Source of the DNA: an uncultured Actinomycetes bacterium | GTDB taxonomy: Bacteria > Actinomycetota > UBA4738 > HRBIN12 | DNA: 64,000 bases | Assembly: GCA_963751665.1 (NCBI GenBank) | Contig: CAVVVF010000004.1 | Location: forward strand, 210,141 to 274,140 | Reading direction: 5' to 3' | In this document: in pieces, positions 39,336 to 56,836 of the stretch | How positions within the stretch are numbered: the stretch's first letter is position 1 | How the letters are laid out: every line of letters begins with the position of its first letter | Made by a program: the position numbers and the translations under genes | Notes under the pieces: generated by a model | Databases searched by the model: none | What the model was told of the DNA's origin: nothing | What the model saw: only the letters and a program-made list of their open reading frames with translations

Positions 39336-39755
39336 ATGAGAGATGAGAGGACGTTTGGCCGACGTCTGCGCGACACGCGGATCGGGGCCGGATACTCCCA
39401 GTCGGATCTTGAAGAGATCTCCGGGATCCCCAAAGCGCGACTGTCTCGCTATGAGAACGGCCATGTGGCTCCCTCCATCCAGACATTGGAGCGATTGGCG
39501 AGGGCCCTGAAGGTCTCGGAGGCTGCGCTACTCGGCGACGAGCGCGCGATCCTGGAGGACTTCTTCAACGTCCTGCACGAGCGAGGCGTCCGCATCGAGT
39601 CCACCGACCAGGCCCGGACCCTGGCCAACGCCGTGGCGGACATGTACTTCGCCATGCAGCGGGCGGCCGAGGCCCAGTCGTTGTCAGGCCAGCCCCAGGA
39701 GGTCCTTTCCTCGGCCATGGCCCCCGTCCGGGACTGGGCCGGGGCGTCCGACTAG
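39336..39755 (+). CDS. XRE-family (Cro/C1-type HTH) transcriptional regulator
   Basis: 139 aa. The HTH reads FGRRLRDTRIGAGYSQSDLEEISGIPKARLSRYENGHVAPSIQTLERLARALKV. Located between rplL and rpoB in a locally lower-GC stretch. Confidence 0.75.
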   Translation: MRDERTFGRRLRDTRIGAGYSQSDLEEISGIPKARLSRYENGHVAPSIQTLERLARALKVSEAALLGDERAILEDFFNVLHERGVRIESTDQARTLANAVADMYFAMQRAAEAQSLSGQPQEVLSSAMAPVRDWAGASD

Positions 39756-39770
39756 GTGGCCGTGAACGGG

Positions 39771-39799
39771 TTGACCTCGGACCCGGGGAGGAGTACCCT
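39771..39799 (+). promoter_or_regulatory. candidate rpoB promoter P1 (TTGACC - 17 bp - TACCCT)
   Basis: Hexamers at 39771-39776 and 39794-39799. By-eye match to -35 TTGACA and actinobacterial -10 TANNNT. Confidence 0.45.
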
Positions 39800-39832
39800 T
39801 TCCCCCGTCTGACCTGGGCGTTCTTCCCTGGG

Positions 39833-39861
39833 TTGACTTGGCGTGTCTCGGACCCTATACT
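39833..39861 (+). promoter_or_regulatory. candidate rpoB promoter P2 (TTGACT - 17 bp - TATACT)
   Basis: Hexamers at 39833-39838 and 39856-39861, near consensus. About 70 nt upstream of the rpoB TTG start. Confidence 0.55.
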
Positions 39862-39933
39862 GCTTGTTTGCCGTGCCGCCGTCCCGCATGCCCGCCTTTC
39901 AAGCGTGTCATTTCCACCTAGGGGGGAGACTCT

Positions 39934-42900
39934 TTGCCTGATGCGCTCGTTCCTGTGCGCGATCGTCTCAGTTTCGCCAAGCTCGAGGAGGTCCTTCCGC
40001 TACCAGATCTGATCGCCATCCAGCGGGTCTCCTTCCAGACGCTCTTGGACGAGGGCATCCGGGAGGTCCTGGAGGAGGTCTCGCCGATCGAGGACTTCAC
40101 CGAGCAGTTCCAGCTCCATTTCGGCAAGCACCAGTTCAAGGACATCAAGTACTCCGAGGAGGAGTGCAAGGACAAGGACCAGACCTACTCCGCCCCGTTG
40201 TTCGTCGAGGCCATGTTCGTGAACAAGGCCACCGGCGAGATCAAGGAGCAGGAGGTCTTCATGGGGGACTTCCCCATGATGACCGAGCGGGGAACCTTCA
40301 TCATCAACGGCACCGAGCGGGTGGTGGTGTCCCAGCTGGTCCGGTCCCCGGGCGTCTACTTCAGCCGCGACCTGGACAAGACCACCGACAGGGACGTCTT
40401 CCTGGCCAAGATCATCCCCTCCCGGGGGGCCTGGCTCGAGTTCGACGTGGACAAGAAGGAGACCGTCGGGGTCCGGATCGACCGCAAGCGCCGGCAGAGC
40501 GTCACCGTCCTGCTGAAGGCCCTGGGCTGGTCCGAGGATGCCATCCTCGAGCTCTTCGACCACGCCCCGTCGATCAAGCTGACCCTGGAGAAGGACCACG
40601 TCCAGACCCCCGAGGAGGCCCTGGAGGACATCTACCGCAAGCTCCGCCCGGGCGAGCCGCCCACGGCCGAGTCGGCCCGGACGCTGCTCGAGAACCTGTT
40701 CTTCAACCCCAAGCGCTATGACCTGGCCCGGGTGGGCCGGTACAAGGTGTCGAAGAAGCTCGGGCCGGCCGAGGGCAGGCTCCAGGCCCAGCTGAAGGCC
40801 CGGGCCAAGGCCCTGGCCGAGCTCTCCAACCCGGAGAAGAAGGGCTGGGACCAGCCCAAGTTCCGCGTGTGGGGCGAGCTCCAGAAGGACGAGCAGGGCG
40901 AGGGCTCCCCCAAGTTCAAGGGGATCCTGACCTACGAGGACATGCTCAAGGCCGTCCGGTACCTGGTGAAACTGCATGCCGGCGAGGAGGGCTACGAGCC
41001 CGACGACATCGACCACTTCGGCAACCGTCGCCTGCGCTCGGTGGGAGAGCTGATCCAGAATCAGATCCGGATCGGCCTGTCCCGCATGGAGCGCGTGGTC
41101 CGGGAGCGCATGACCACCCAGGATGTGGAGGCCATCACGCCCCAGACGCTCATCAACATCCGCCCGGTGGTCGCCTCCATCAAGGAGTTCTTCGGGACCA
41201 GCCAGCTCTCACAGTTCATGGACCAGACCAACCCCCTGGCCGGGCTGACCCACAAGCGGCGGCTGTCCGCCCTGGGCCCCGGCGGCCTCTCGCGGGAGCG
41301 CGCGGGGTTCGAGGTCCGCGACGTCCACCCGTCCCACTACGGCCGGATGTGCCCCATCGAGACCCCGGAGGGGCCGAACATCGGCCTCATCGGGTCGTTG
41401 TCCACGTACGGCCGGATCAACCCGTTCGGGTTCATCGAGACCCCGTACCGGCGCGTCGAGGCGGGAAGGGTCACGAGCAAGATCGACTACCTGTCCGCCG
41501 ACGAGGAGGACCGGCACGTCATCGCCCAGGCCAACACGCCATATGACCTGAAGTCCGGCCGGTTCACCGACGACTCCATCCTGGTCCGCCGCAAGGGCGG
41601 CGAGGTCGAATCCGTGCCGCCCGACGAGGTCGACTACATGGACGTCTCGCCCAAGCAGATCATCTCGGTGGCGGCGGCGCTGATCCCGTTCCTGGAGCAC
41701 GACGACGCCAACCGGGCCCTGATGGGCGCCAACATGCAGCGCCAGGCGGTGCCGCTCTTGAAGTCCGAGGCCCCGCTGATCGGCACCGGCGTGGAGTTCC
41801 GGGCCGCCGTGGACGCCGGCGACGTGATCCTGGCCGAGGAGACCGGGACCGTGGAGGACGTCTCGGCCGACGAGATCCTGGTTCGGGAGCGGGGCGGAGC
41901 GCGCTCCTACAGGCTCCAGAAGTACCGCCGGTCCAACCAGGGCACCTGCATGAACCAGAAGCCGTTCGTCAGGGAGGGCGACCGGATCGTGAAGGGGCAG
42001 GTCATCGCAGACGGCCCCTCCACCGAGTCCGGCGAGCTGGCCCTGGGCCGGAACCTGATCGTGGCCTACATGCCCTGGGAGGGCCACAACTACGAGGACG
42101 CCATCATCATCTCCGAGCGCCTGGTGAAGGGCGACGTCTTGACCTCGATCCACATCGAGGAGCACGAGGTCGACGCCCGCGACACCAAGCTCGGGGCCGA
42201 GGAGATCACCCGTGACATCCCCAACGTCTCCGAGGAGATCCTGAAGGACCTCGACGAGCGGGGGATCGTCCGGATCGGGGCCGAGGTCAACCCCGGCGAC
42301 TACCTGGTGGGCAAGGTCACCCCCAAGGGCGAGACCGAGCTCACGCCCGAGGAGCGACTGCTCCGGGCCATCTTCGGGGAGAAGGCCCGGGAGGTCCGGG
42401 ACACCTCGCTGAAGGTGCCCCACGGCGAGTCGGGCAAGGTCATCGGGGTCCGCGTGTTCTCACGCGAGGACGGCGACGAGCTCCCGCCGGGTGTGAACCA
42501 GCTGGTCCGGGTGTACGTGGCCCAGAAGCGGAAGATCTCCGACGGGGACAAGCTGGCCGGCCGCCACGGCAACAAGGGCGTCATCTCGACCATCCTGGCC
42601 GAGGAGGACATGCCGTTCCTGGCCGACGGGACCCCGGTCGACATCATCCTGAACCCGCTGGGGGTGCCCTCCCGGATGAACCTGGGCCAGATCCTGGAGG
42701 CCCACCTGGGATGGGCCTCGCTCATGGGGTTCTCCAAGGACGGCCGGAACCTCGAAGGCCCGACCTACATCGCCTCCCCGGTGTTCGACGGGGCCAGGGA
42801 GTGGGAGATCCTGGAGGCCCTCCAGAAGGCCAACTCCGACCGCGATGGGAAGACCCTGGTCGACAAGGTAGGCAAGGCCACCCTGTACGACGGGCGAAAC

Positions 42901-43386
42901 GGCGAGCCCTACGAGGAGCCGGTCACCGTGGGCGTGGCCTACATCATGAAGCTGCTCCACCTGGTGGACGACAAGATCCACGCCAGGAGCACGGGCCCGT
43001 ACTCGATGATCACCCAGCAGCCGCTGGGCGGGAAGGCCCAGTTCGGCGGGCAGCGGTTCGGCGAGATGGAGGTGTGGGCGCTCGAGGCCTACGGGGCGGC
43101 CTATGCCCTGCAGGAGCTGCTCACGATCAAGTCCGACGACGTGCTCGGCCGGGTGAAGGTGTACGAGGCCATCGTGAAGGGCGAGAACATCCCGGAGCCG
43201 GGCATCCCCGAGTCCTTCAAGGTCCTGATCAAGGAGATGCAGTCTCTGTGCCTGAACGTCGAGGTCCGCTCGGCCGAGGGCGAGGAGATCGAGCTCAAGG
43301 AGACCGACGAGGACGTGTTCCGGGCGGCCGAGGAGCTCGGCATCGACCTCTCGCGCCGGGAGCCCGCCGGCGCCGACTACGACTAA
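39934..43386 (+). CDS. rpoB: DNA-directed RNA polymerase subunit beta
   Basis: Intact 1150-aa ORF with canonical beta-subunit blocks (e.g. [52 protein letters not shown]). Confidence 0.97.
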   Translation: MPDALVPVRDRLSFAKLEEVLPLPDLIAIQRVSFQTLLDEGIREVLEEVSPIEDFTEQFQLHFGKHQFKDIKYSEEECKDKDQTYSAPLFVEAMFVNKATGEIKEQEVFMGDFPMMTERGTFIINGTERVVVSQLVRSPGVYFSRDLDKTTDRDVFLAKIIPSRGAWLEFDVDKKETVGVRIDRKRRQSVTVLLKALGWSEDAILELFDHAPSIKLTLEKDHVQTPEEALEDIYRKLRPGEPPTAESARTLLENLFFNPKRYDLARVGRYKVSKKLGPAEGRLQAQLKARAKALAELSNPEKKGWDQPKFRVWGELQKDEQGEGSPKFKGILTYEDMLKAVRYLVKLHAGEEGYEPDDIDHFGNRRLRSVGELIQNQIRIGLSRMERVVRERMTTQDVEAITPQTLINIRPVVASIKEFFGTSQLSQFMDQTNPLAGLTHKRRLSALGPGGLSRERAGFEVRDVHPSHYGRMCPIETPEGPNIGLIGSLSTYGRINPFGFIETPYRRVEAGRVTSKIDYLSADEEDRHVIAQANTPYDLKSGRFTDDSILVRRKGGEVESVPPDEVDYMDVSPKQIISVAAALIPFLEHDDANRALMGANMQRQAVPLLKSEAPLIGTGVEFRAAVDAGDVILAEETGTVEDVSADEILVRERGGARSYRLQKYRRSNQGTCMNQKPFVREGDRIVKGQVIADGPSTESGELALGRNLIVAYMPWEGHNYEDAIIISERLVKGDVLTSIHIEEHEVDARDTKLGAEEITRDIPNVSEEILKDLDERGIVRIGAEVNPGDYLVGKVTPKGETELTPEERLLRAIFGEKAREVRDTSLKVPHGESGKVIGVRVFSREDGDELPPGVNQLVRVYVAQKRKISDGDKLAGRHGNKGVISTILAEEDMPFLADGTPVDIILNPLGVPSRMNLGQILEAHLGWASLMGFSKDGRNLEGPTYIASPVFDGAREWEILEALQKANSDRDGKTLVDKVGKATLYDGRNGEPYEEPVTVGVAYIMKLLHLVDDKIHARSTGPYSMITQQPLGGKAQFGGQRFGEMEVWALEAYGAAYALQELLTIKSDDVLGRVKVYEAIVKGENIPEPGIPESFKVLIKEMQSLCLNVEVRSAEGEEIELKETDEDVFRAAEELGIDLSRREPAGADYD

Positions 43387-43404
43387 CAGAGTGGAGGCAC
43401 CTAC

Positions 43405-47319
<3,915 letters not shown>

Positions 47320-47340
47320 CTCGAGGCTCGGGGCTCGGGG

Positions 47341-47832
47341 TTAGTCCCAGGGATGTGGGGGCGGGACCAGGGCAAGCCTGCCCGCCCCTACGGCCTCAAC
47401 GAGAGCGACGCGGGTTTGCGCCGGGAGCTTCTCCATGTCGCGTTCCACGCTCACTACTGATTCCCGGGCGGTCGCCAGGCGCCTGGTGCCCAGGTCGGTC
47501 AGCCAGATGACGCGAAGCCCGCCGTCCCTCGGTGCGATATCGATGAGATCCAGGCGCCGAAGCCGGTCGACGAGTCCATTGGCCGCCTGTCTCGTCATCC
47601 GGAGGCGCCGGGCGAGCTCGCTCGCGTGCAGGTTCGGCTCTTCCTCGAGGATCTGGAGGATCTCGTACTGCGCGTAGGTGAGCGCGAACTCCTGATCGAA
47701 GCATCGGTTCAGACGGGTGCGGAGGACGCGGTGGAACAGGCGCGCGGCGGCGATGACCTCTCGGCCGGATGGCGCGGCCGGGCGGAGATGCTCGGCGGCG
47801 GGATCGAGTTCTTGAACGGCTTCCGATCTCAC
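47341..47832 (-). CDS. MarR-family transcriptional regulator
   Basis: C-terminal 163 codons of the 657-aa minus-strand ORF: ...FALTYAQYEILQILEEEPNLHASELARRLRMTRQAANGLVDRLRRLDLIDIAPRDGGLRVIWLTDLG (winged helix). GTG start proposed at 47832. Confidence 0.75.
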   Translation of the reverse strand: MRSEAVQELDPAAEHLRPAAPSGREVIAAARLFHRVLRTRLNRCFDQEFALTYAQYEILQILEEEPNLHASELARRLRMTRQAANGLVDRLRRLDLIDIAPRDGGLRVIWLTDLGTRRLATARESVVSVERDMEKLPAQTRVALVEAVGAGRLALVPPPHPWD

Positions 47833-47969
47833 GTCGAGCGAGTGATACCCCGCGCCACTGACAGAGTTTCCGGCATCGCTCCCACGTGTGGACTCGCGGG
47901 CGCTCGCCTGGGCCGTCCGCCGGGGCTCCCTCCTGGGTTTTGGCCCGGGCGGCTCGCTCCTCCCGGGAG

Positions 47970-48023
47970 TTGTCAACACCTTGACAACAAAGCCCCAGGA
48001 CGAACCTGTCAAGGTGTTGACAG
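47970..48023. promoter_or_regulatory. pair of MarR-type palindromic operators upstream of marR
   Basis: Site 1 is TTGTCAA-CACC-TTGACAA (47970-47987). Site 2 is CTGTCAA-GGTG-TTGACAG (48006-48023, arms extend to GAACCTGTCAA/TTGACAGGTTC). Site 2 is the inverted copy of site 1. Both lie 140-190 bp upstream of the marR start. Confidence 0.6.
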
Positions 48024-48074
48024 GTTCGGTGAAGGAAGAGGGCGCCTCAGCGGGGGCGGGTCGGTCAGCGGTGG

Positions 48075-48854
48075 CTATCCGCGTTCGCACGATCTCGAGG
48101 AGCGCGGCGTGGACGGCAGGTGAGCCGGCCAGGACGTCGCCGGCCAGGTAGTCGGGCCCTCCCTCCCAATCGCTCACCACGCCGCCCGCCTCCTCGATCA
48201 GCACCGCCCCAGCGGCCACGTCCCACGGCGCCAGCCCGAGCTCGAAGAACCCCTCGAACACCCCGGCCGCCACCCAGGCCAGGTCCAGCGCCGCGGCCCC
48301 GGGACGGCGGAGGTCCTCGAAGCGCTCCAGGCAGGCCTCGAACGCCGCCAGGTATCGGGGGAGGATGTCCTTCCGTCTGAACGGGAAGCCCGTCCCCAGC
48401 ACGGCTTGCTCGACCGGGCGTCCCGAGACCCTCGCCTCCACCACCGCGCCGTCCCTTCGCACCCGGGCTCCCAGCCCTCGAGCCCCCAGGTACGTCTGGC
48501 CCAGGAACGGGGCATGGACGACGCCCACGGCGGGCCTCCCTTCCTCAACCAGCGCCACCGAGACCCCGACGACCGGGAATCCGTGCAGGTAGTTGGTGGT
48601 GCCATCCAGCGGATCGACCACCCAGTAGCGCTCCCCGACCGCACCTCCGGCTTCCCCTCCGCCCTCCTCGCCCAGGACGGGGATGTCCGGGGTGGCCGCG
48701 CCGAGGACCTCCCGGATGGCCCGCTCAGAGGCCCGGTCCACCTCGGTCACGTAGTCGCCGGCCCCCTTGGACTCGGCCCCGGGGCCGGCTCCCCGGCCAC
48801 GAGCTCGCCGCCGCGCACGGCGGCTCGCTCGGCGAGCTCCAGGAGATCGGCCAT
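48075..48854 (-). CDS. inositol monophosphatase (SuhB/ImpA/CysQ) family protein; indel near 48780, 3' end uncertain
   Basis: ATG at 48854 gives MADLLELAERAAVRGGELVAGE. After a frame switch it reads ...KGAGDYVTEVDRASERAIREVL...WVVDPLDGTTNYLHG...DLAWVAAG...WDVAAGAVLIEEAGG. No stop occurs in the main frame before marR. A TAG at 48075-48077 in a neighbouring frame is the likely real stop. Confidence 0.65.
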
Positions 48855-48920
48855 GCCGGGCACGGCGCCAAGCTAGCAGGGCGGGCGAGCGCCCGGGACG
48901 CCCGCCAATGCCCCGGTTCG

Positions 48921-48950
48921 TTGACGGGCGTGCGTCGTGCCTAGTAGCCT
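48921..48950 (+). promoter_or_regulatory. candidate promoter of the rpsL-rpsG-fusA-tuf operon (TTGACG - 18 bp - TAGCCT)
   Basis: Hexamers at 48921-48926 and 48945-48950, about 170 nt upstream of rpsL. Confidence 0.4.
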
Positions 48951-49122
48951 TATCGATTGCACTCCGGACCCGGCGGGCGGGTTCGGTATCCATGCGAGCT
49001 TTCAGGGGGTACCCCGAAGGGACAACTGTGCCTGAGGCGAGTCCCTGGGAGCCGGGCCCGCGGGTCCGGCTTTTCGTTGGATCCCCTGTGGAGACCAAGG
49101 CGAGAGTGAATACGAGAGCGTC

Positions 49123-49498
49123 ATGCCCACGATCCAGCAACTGGTCCGAGACGGGCGCGAGCGCCCGCGGAGCAAGACGAAGAGCCCTGCGCTCAGGGGC
49201 TCTCCTCAGCGCCGCGGCGTCTGCACGCGCGTGTACACGACCACCCCGAAGAAGCCCAACTCGGCCCTTCGAAAGGTTGCGCGGGTCCGCCTGACCACGC
49301 GGGATCGAGGTCACCGCCTACATCCCCGGCATCGGCCACAACCTCCAGGAGCACTCGATCGTCCTCGTTCGAGGCGGCCGGGTGAAGGACCTGCCGGGCG
49401 TCCGGTACAAGATCATCCGGGGCACGCTCGACACCGCCGGGGTCAGGGACCGCAAGAAGGCCCGGTCCCGGTACGGGGCCAAGAGGGTGGGCGACTAG
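49123..49498 (+). CDS. rpsL: 30S ribosomal protein S12; 1-nt insertion near 49298
   Basis: [58 protein letters not shown], then after the shift [61 protein letters not shown] to TAG 49496-49498. Confidence 0.92.
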
Positions 49499-49500
49499 CG

Positions 49501-49971
49501 ATGCCCCGCAAGGGCCCTGCCGTACGCAGGGAGATCCAGCCCGACCCCGTCTACCAGAACCCGCTGGTGACCCAGCTGATCGACAAGGTCCTGTACGACG
49601 GCAAGAAGTCGCTGGCGGAACGGACGGTCTACAAGGCGCTCGAGGTCATCTCGGAGCGGACGGCGAACGACCCGGTCATCACGCTGAAGCGGGCCGTGGA
49701 GAACGTCCGTCCCATGCTCGAGGTCCGGTCCCGCCGGGTCGGCGGGGCGAACTACCAGGTGCCGGTGGAGGTTCGGCCGACCAGGGGCACCACGCTCGCG
49801 CTGCGGTGGCTCGTGAACTACTCCCGCGCCCGTAAGGAGCACTCCATGTCCGACCGATTGGTGGGGGAGATCATGGACGCCTCCCAAGGCCAGGGGGCCT
49901 CGGTCAAGCGGCGCGAGGACATGCACAAGATGGCCGAGGCGAACAAGGCGTTCGCGCACTACCGATGGTGA
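49501..49971 (+). CDS. rpsG: 30S ribosomal protein S7
   Basis: [48 protein letters not shown]...[10 protein letters not shown]; intact. Confidence 0.95.
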   Translation: MPRKGPAVRREIQPDPVYQNPLVTQLIDKVLYDGKKSLAERTVYKALEVISERTANDPVITLKRAVENVRPMLEVRSRRVGGANYQVPVEVRPTRGTTLALRWLVNYSRARKEHSMSDRLVGEIMDASQGQGASVKRREDMHKMAEANKAFAHYRW

Positions 49972-50117
49972 TCGAAGGAAACGCTCGTGCCGGGCTCTGG
50001 GGCCCGGCGTTGGTCGAGGGGGTGGGCTAGTGGCCACCTCCGCGGAGAGGATCGACGTGGTCGAAGCGGCACAGCGAAGTCAAGGGACGCCAGCCCGGAG
50101 GGTCCGGCAAGGACCTC

Positions 50118-52199
<2,082 letters not shown>

Positions 52200-52232
52200 G
52201 CCGCGGAAGGAGAAGGAGAAGGGGAAGGAAGC

Positions 52233-53417
52233 ATGGCGAAGAAGAAGTTCGAGCGGACCAAGCCCCACGTGAACATCGGCACCATCGGGCACATCGACCA
52301 CGGCAAGACCACGCTGACCGCCGCCATCACCAAGGTCCTGGCGGAAAAGGGCCTGGCCGACTTCACCCCCTTCGACCAGATCGACAAGGCCCCCGAGGAG
52401 CGGGAGCGAGGCATCACCATCGCCATCGCCCACGTGGAGTACCAGACCGAGGCCCGCCACTACGCCCACGTGGACTGCCCAGGCCACGCCGACTACATCA
52501 AGAACATGATCACCGGAGCGGCCCAGATGGACGGGGCCATCCTGGTGGTCTCTGCGGCCGACGGCCCCATGCCCCAGACCAGGGAGCACGTCCTTTTGGC
52601 CCGCCAGGTGAACGTGCCGGCCATCGTGGTGGCGCTGAACAAGGTGGACATGGTGGATGACCCCGAGCTCCTTGACCTGGTGGAGCTGGAGGTCCGAGAG
52701 CTCCTTTCCTCCTACGAGTTCCCCGGAGACGACGTCCCGGTGATCCGGCTTTCCGCCCTCAAGGCCCTGGAGGGCGACGAGACGGCCAAGGCCCAGGTCA
52801 TGGAGCTCATGACCGCCGTGGACACCTTCATCCCCGAGCCGGTCCGAGACGTGGACAAGCCCTTCCTGATGGCCATCGAGGACGTGTTCACCATCACCGG
52901 GCGGGGCACCGTGGTCACCGGGAGGGTGGAGCGGGGCAAGCTGAAGAAGATGGAGGAGGTGGAGATCGTCGGGCTTCGCGACACCAAGAAGACCACTGCC
53001 ACCGACCTGGAGATGTTCCGAAAGCTCCTTGACGAGGTCCAGGCGGGAGACAACGTGGGGGTGCTGCTTCGAGGGATCGACAAGGAGGACGTGGAGCGGG
53101 GCCAGGTGCTGGCAAAGCCCGGCTCCATCACCCCCCACGCCGACTTCTCCTCCCAGGTCTACGTGCTCTCCAAGGAGGAGGGGGGCCGGCACACCCCGTT
53201 CTTCAACGGGTACAAGCCCCAGTTCTACTTCCGGACCACCGATGTGACCGGGACCCTTCACACCCCCGAGGGGGTGGAGATGGTGATGCCGGGCGACAAC
53301 GTCGAGGTCACCGTGAGCCTGGAGAAGCCCATCGCCATGGAGGAGGCCCTCCGCTTCGCCATCCGCGAGGGCGGGCGGACCGTGGGCGCCGGGCGAGTGA
53401 CCAAGATCGTGAAGTAG
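52233..53417 (+). CDS. tuf: translation elongation factor Tu
   Basis: Intact 394 aa: [37 protein letters not shown]... Confidence 0.97.
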   Translation: MAKKKFERTKPHVNIGTIGHIDHGKTTLTAAITKVLAEKGLADFTPFDQIDKAPEERERGITIAIAHVEYQTEARHYAHVDCPGHADYIKNMITGAAQMDGAILVVSAADGPMPQTREHVLLARQVNVPAIVVALNKVDMVDDPELLDLVELEVRELLSSYEFPGDDVPVIRLSALKALEGDETAKAQVMELMTAVDTFIPEPVRDVDKPFLMAIEDVFTITGRGTVVTGRVERGKLKKMEEVEIVGLRDTKKTTATDLEMFRKLLDEVQAGDNVGVLLRGIDKEDVERGQVLAKPGSITPHADFSSQVYVLSKEEGGRHTPFFNGYKPQFYFRTTDVTGTLHTPEGVEMVMPGDNVEVTVSLEKPIAMEEALRFAIREGGRTVGAGRVTKIVK

Positions 53418-53441
53418 GGAAGAGAAGGGACGAAGGGGACA

Positions 53442-53750
53442 GTGGCCGGACCGAAGATCCGCATCAAGCTCAGGGCCTACGACCACCGGATGCTGGACGT
53501 GGCGGCTCGCGACATCGTCGAGCACGTGACGCGAACCGGCGCCAAGGTCGTCGGGCCGGTCCCGCTGCCCACCGAGCGCTCCATCTACACGGTCATCCGC
53601 TCGCCGCACAAGTACAAGGACTCACGAGAGCACTTCCAGATGCTCACGCACAAGCGGCTGATCGACATCGTGGACGCCACCTCCAAGACGGTCCAGGAGC
53701 TCCAGCGCCTGAACCTGTCCGCCGGGGTCGACATCGAGATCAAGCTGTAG
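53442..53750 (+). CDS. rpsJ: 30S ribosomal protein S10
   Basis: Intact 102 aa: ...[40 protein letters not shown]... Confidence 0.95.
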   Translation: MAGPKIRIKLRAYDHRMLDVAARDIVEHVTRTGAKVVGPVPLPTERSIYTVIRSPHKYKDSREHFQMLTHKRLIDIVDATSKTVQELQRLNLSAGVDIEIKL

Positions 53751-53752
53751 CC

Positions 53753-54406
53753 ATGGCCGAGACCAAGGGCATCCTGGGGACGAAGCTGGGCATGACCCAG
53801 ATCTTCGACGACACGCGGGCCATCCCGGTCACGGTGATCAAGGCCGGGCCGTGCTTCGTAGCCCAGGTCAAGACGCAGGCCAAGGACGGCTACGAGGCCG
53901 TCCAGCTCGCGTTCGAGGAGCCCCGGTCCCACCAGCTCACCAAGCCCATGCAGGGGCACTTCGACAAGCACGGGGCGCAGCCAGGAAGGCACGTGGTCGA
54001 GCTTCGTACCGAGGGCGCTGGCAACTACACGCCGGGCCAGGAGATTCGGGCGGACCTGTTCCAGCCGGGGGAGCTGGCGGACGTGATCGGTGTGTCGAAG
54101 GGCAAGGGCTTCGCCGGCCCCATGAAGCGGCACGGGTTCAGCGGCCTGTCCGGGAGCCACGGCACCCAGCGCAAGCACCGGTCGCCCGGCGCCATCGGCG
54201 CCTGTGCCACGCCCTCCCGGGTGTTCAAGGGGATGCGGATGGCGGGGCAGATGGGGAACGAGCGGGTGACCGTCCTGAACCTCGAGGTGGTCCAGGCCGA
54301 CGCCGAGCGCAACCTGCTGCTCCTCCGGGGGGCCGTGCCCGGCCCGTCGGGCGGGCTGGTCATGGTCCGCTCCGCCGTGAAGGCCCCGGCGGGAGGCAAG
54401 GCCTGA
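53753..54406 (+). CDS. rplC: 50S ribosomal protein L3
   Basis: Intact 217 aa: ...[30 protein letters not shown]... Confidence 0.95.
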   Translation: MAETKGILGTKLGMTQIFDDTRAIPVTVIKAGPCFVAQVKTQAKDGYEAVQLAFEEPRSHQLTKPMQGHFDKHGAQPGRHVVELRTEGAGNYTPGQEIRADLFQPGELADVIGVSKGKGFAGPMKRHGFSGLSGSHGTQRKHRSPGAIGACATPSRVFKGMRMAGQMGNERVTVLNLEVVQADAERNLLLLRGAVPGPSGGLVMVRSAVKAPAGGKA

Positions 54407-55083
54407 TGCCAAAGGTCCAGGTCGTCGACGCCGCCGGCAAGAAGGTGGCCCAGCGCGAGCTGGCCCCCGAGGTCTTCGAGGCGAAGGTCAGCGTGCCGCT
54501 CATGCACCAGGTGGTGGTGGCCGGGATGGCCGCGATCCGCCGGGGCACCCATTCCACGAAGACCCGGGGCGACGTCTCCGGAGGGGGCCGCAAGCCCTGG
54601 CGCCAGAAGGGCACCGGCCGGGCCAGGCAGGGATCGATCCGGGCTCCCCAGTGGACCGGCGGCGGCGTGGCCCACGGCCCCCACCCCCGGGACCACTCGA
54701 TGCGGGTCAACAAGAAGATGAAGCGCGGTGCGCTCCGCTCGGCTCTCACCGATGCGCTTGCCTCGGGCAAGGTCTCCGTGGTGGACGAGCTCAGGTTCGA
54801 CGAGCCGAAGACCCGCCGGGCGGCCGAGGTGATCCAGGCGCTCGAGCTCGAGGGTACGGTCCTACTGGTGCTGCCGGGCCCGTCGAGCGACGGGATCGTG
54901 GAGCGGTCGTTCCGCAACCTCGTATCCGTGCGCGTGGCGTACGTGCCGGCGCTGGGCGCGTACGAGGTGCTCGGCGCCGACCGCGTGCTGTTCACTCGGG
55001 AGGCCCTGGACGTCCTGGAGGGCAAGAAGCCGGCCGACCCTGCCGACGTCCCTGCGGCCGAAGCCGAGGAGGTGGAAGGATGA
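54406..55083 (+). CDS. rplD: 50S ribosomal protein L4
   Basis: ATG overlaps the rplC stop: [39 protein letters not shown]...[31 protein letters not shown]. Confidence 0.95.
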   Translation: MPKVQVVDAAGKKVAQRELAPEVFEAKVSVPLMHQVVVAGMAAIRRGTHSTKTRGDVSGGGRKPWRQKGTGRARQGSIRAPQWTGGGVAHGPHPRDHSMRVNKKMKRGALRSALTDALASGKVSVVDELRFDEPKTRRAAEVIQALELEGTVLLVLPGPSSDGIVERSFRNLVSVRVAYVPALGAYEVLGADRVLFTREALDVLEGKKPADPADVPAAEAEEVEG

Positions 55084-55370
55084 AGACGCCCCGTGACGTC
55101 ATCATCCGCCCGGTGGTCTCGGAGAAGTCCTACGGGGGCCTCGAGTCCAACGTCTACACGTTCCTGGTCGACCCCCGGGCCAACAAGACCGAGATCAAGG
55201 AGGCCATCCAGCAGATCTGGAACGTCCGCGTGATCTCGGTGAACACGCTCAACCGGCAGGGCAAGGTCAAGCGCCGCCGATTCACCCAGGGAAAGCGGGC
55301 CGACCAGAAGCGCGCCATCGTCAAGCTGGCCGAGGGCGACACCATCGAGATCTTCGAGACGGGGAAGTAG
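55080..55370 (+). CDS. rplW: 50S ribosomal protein L23
   Basis: ATGA overlap with rplD: [51 protein letters not shown]... Confidence 0.95.
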   Translation: MKTPRDVIIRPVVSEKSYGGLESNVYTFLVDPRANKTEIKEAIQQIWNVRVISVNTLNRQGKVKRRRFTQGKRADQKRAIVKLAEGDTIEIFETGK

Positions 55371-55372
55371 CC

Positions 55373-56204
55373 ATGCCCATCCGCAAGTACAAGCCGACGA
55401 CGCCGGGCCGCCGGGGGATGACCGGGTCCACCTTCGAGGAGGTCACGCGGGCTCGCCCGGAGAAGTCGCTCGTGGCCAAAGGCCGCAACCGGGCCGGCCG
55501 GAACACCCACGGGCGCGTGACGGCCAGGCACCAGGGCGGCGGCAACAAACGGAGGTACCGGACCATCGACTTCCGGCGCGACAAGGACGGCGTGCCGGCC
55601 AAGGTGGCGCACATCGAGTACGACCCCAACCGGACGGCCCGCATCGCCCTGCTGCATTACCTCGACGGCGAGAAGCGCTACATCCTTGCGCCGCAAGGGC
55701 TCGAGGTGGGCGACACGGTGCGTATCCGGTGAGGGGGCGGACGTTCGCCCGGGCAACGCCCTGGCCCTTCGGAACATCCCGGTCGGGACGACCCTGCACG
55801 CCGTTGAGCTCAAGCCCGGCGCGGGCGCCCGCATGGCCCGCTCGGCGGGGACCAGCGTGCAGCTGATGGCGAAGGAAGGAAAGTACGCCACCGTTCGTTT
55901 GCCGTCGGGCGAGACGCGGCTGGTCGAGGCCACGTGCAGGGCCACCGTCGGCGTCGTGGGCAACCCCGAGCATGAGCTGGTCCAGCAGGGCAAGGCCGGG
56001 CGCAACCGGTGGCGGCGCAAGCGTCCGGGGGTCCGCGGTGTGGCCATGAACCCGGTGGATCACCCGCTCGGCGGCGGCGAGGGCAAGAGCTCGGGCGGCC
56101 GCCACCCCACCTCGCCGTGGGGGAAGAAGGAGGGGCGGACGCGCAAGAAGAACAAGGCGTCGAACAAGCTCATCGTCCGCCGCCGCGGGAAGGGGCGTGG
56201 ATAG
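55373..56204 (+). CDS. rplB: 50S ribosomal protein L2; 1-nt insertion (C) at 55721
   Basis: ORF 55373 ([25 protein letters not shown]...GLEVGDTV) joins ORF 55686 ([32 protein letters not shown]...) once the C between GTG and GTA is removed. Confidence 0.92.
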
Positions 56205-56206
56205 CC

Positions 56207-56488
56207 GTGCCAAGATCGATCAAGAAGGGTCCGTTCGTGGACGACCACCTGATGGTCCGGGTCGTCGAGATGAACCGCCGTGGCGAGAAGAAGGTCCTGC
56301 GGACCTGGTCTCGCCGTTCGACGATCATCCCGGAGATGGTCGGGCACACCATCGCCGTCCACGACGGGCGAAAGCATGTGCCCATCTACGTGTCCGAGTC
56401 GATGGTCGGCCACAAGCTCGGAGAGTTCGCGCCCACCCGGATCTTTCGGTCCCACGCGAGGGCCGAGCGGAGCACGACGGTCAGGTAG
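56207..56488 (+). CDS. rpsS: 30S ribosomal protein S19
   Basis: GTG start: [62 protein letters not shown]... Confidence 0.95.
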   Translation: MPRSIKKGPFVDDHLMVRVVEMNRRGEKKVLRTWSRRSTIIPEMVGHTIAVHDGRKHVPIYVSESMVGHKLGEFAPTRIFRSHARAERSTTVR

Positions 56489-56491
56489 GAG

Positions 56492-56836
56492 ATGGAAGCG
56501 AAAGCGACGGTCAAGTACGTGCGGCTCTCGCCGATGAAGGCCCGGCGGATGGTCGACCTCATCCGGGGCCGGCAGGTCGAGGAGGCCCGCCGGATCCTCC
56601 GGTTCGCGCCCCAGTCCGCGTCGCGTACCATCGAGAAGGCGCTGAACTCGGCGGTGGCGAACGCGGAGCAGGCGCCCGGCGTGGTGGCCCAGAACCTGGT
56701 CGTCGACCGGGCCTGGGTGGACGAGGGCCCGACGCTCAAGCGGTGGCGACCCCGCGCCTACGGCAGGGCCGCCAGGATCCGAAAGCGCACGTCGCACATC
56801 ACGCTGATCGTGAAGTCGTTGGGAGAGGAACCGTAA
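56492..56836 (+). CDS. rplV: 50S ribosomal protein L22
   Basis: Intact 114 aa: [51 protein letters not shown]... Confidence 0.95.
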   Translation: MEAKATVKYVRLSPMKARRMVDLIRGRQVEEARRILRFAPQSASRTIEKALNSAVANAEQAPGVVAQNLVVDRAWVDEGPTLKRWRPRAYGRAARIRKRTSHITLIVKSLGEEP

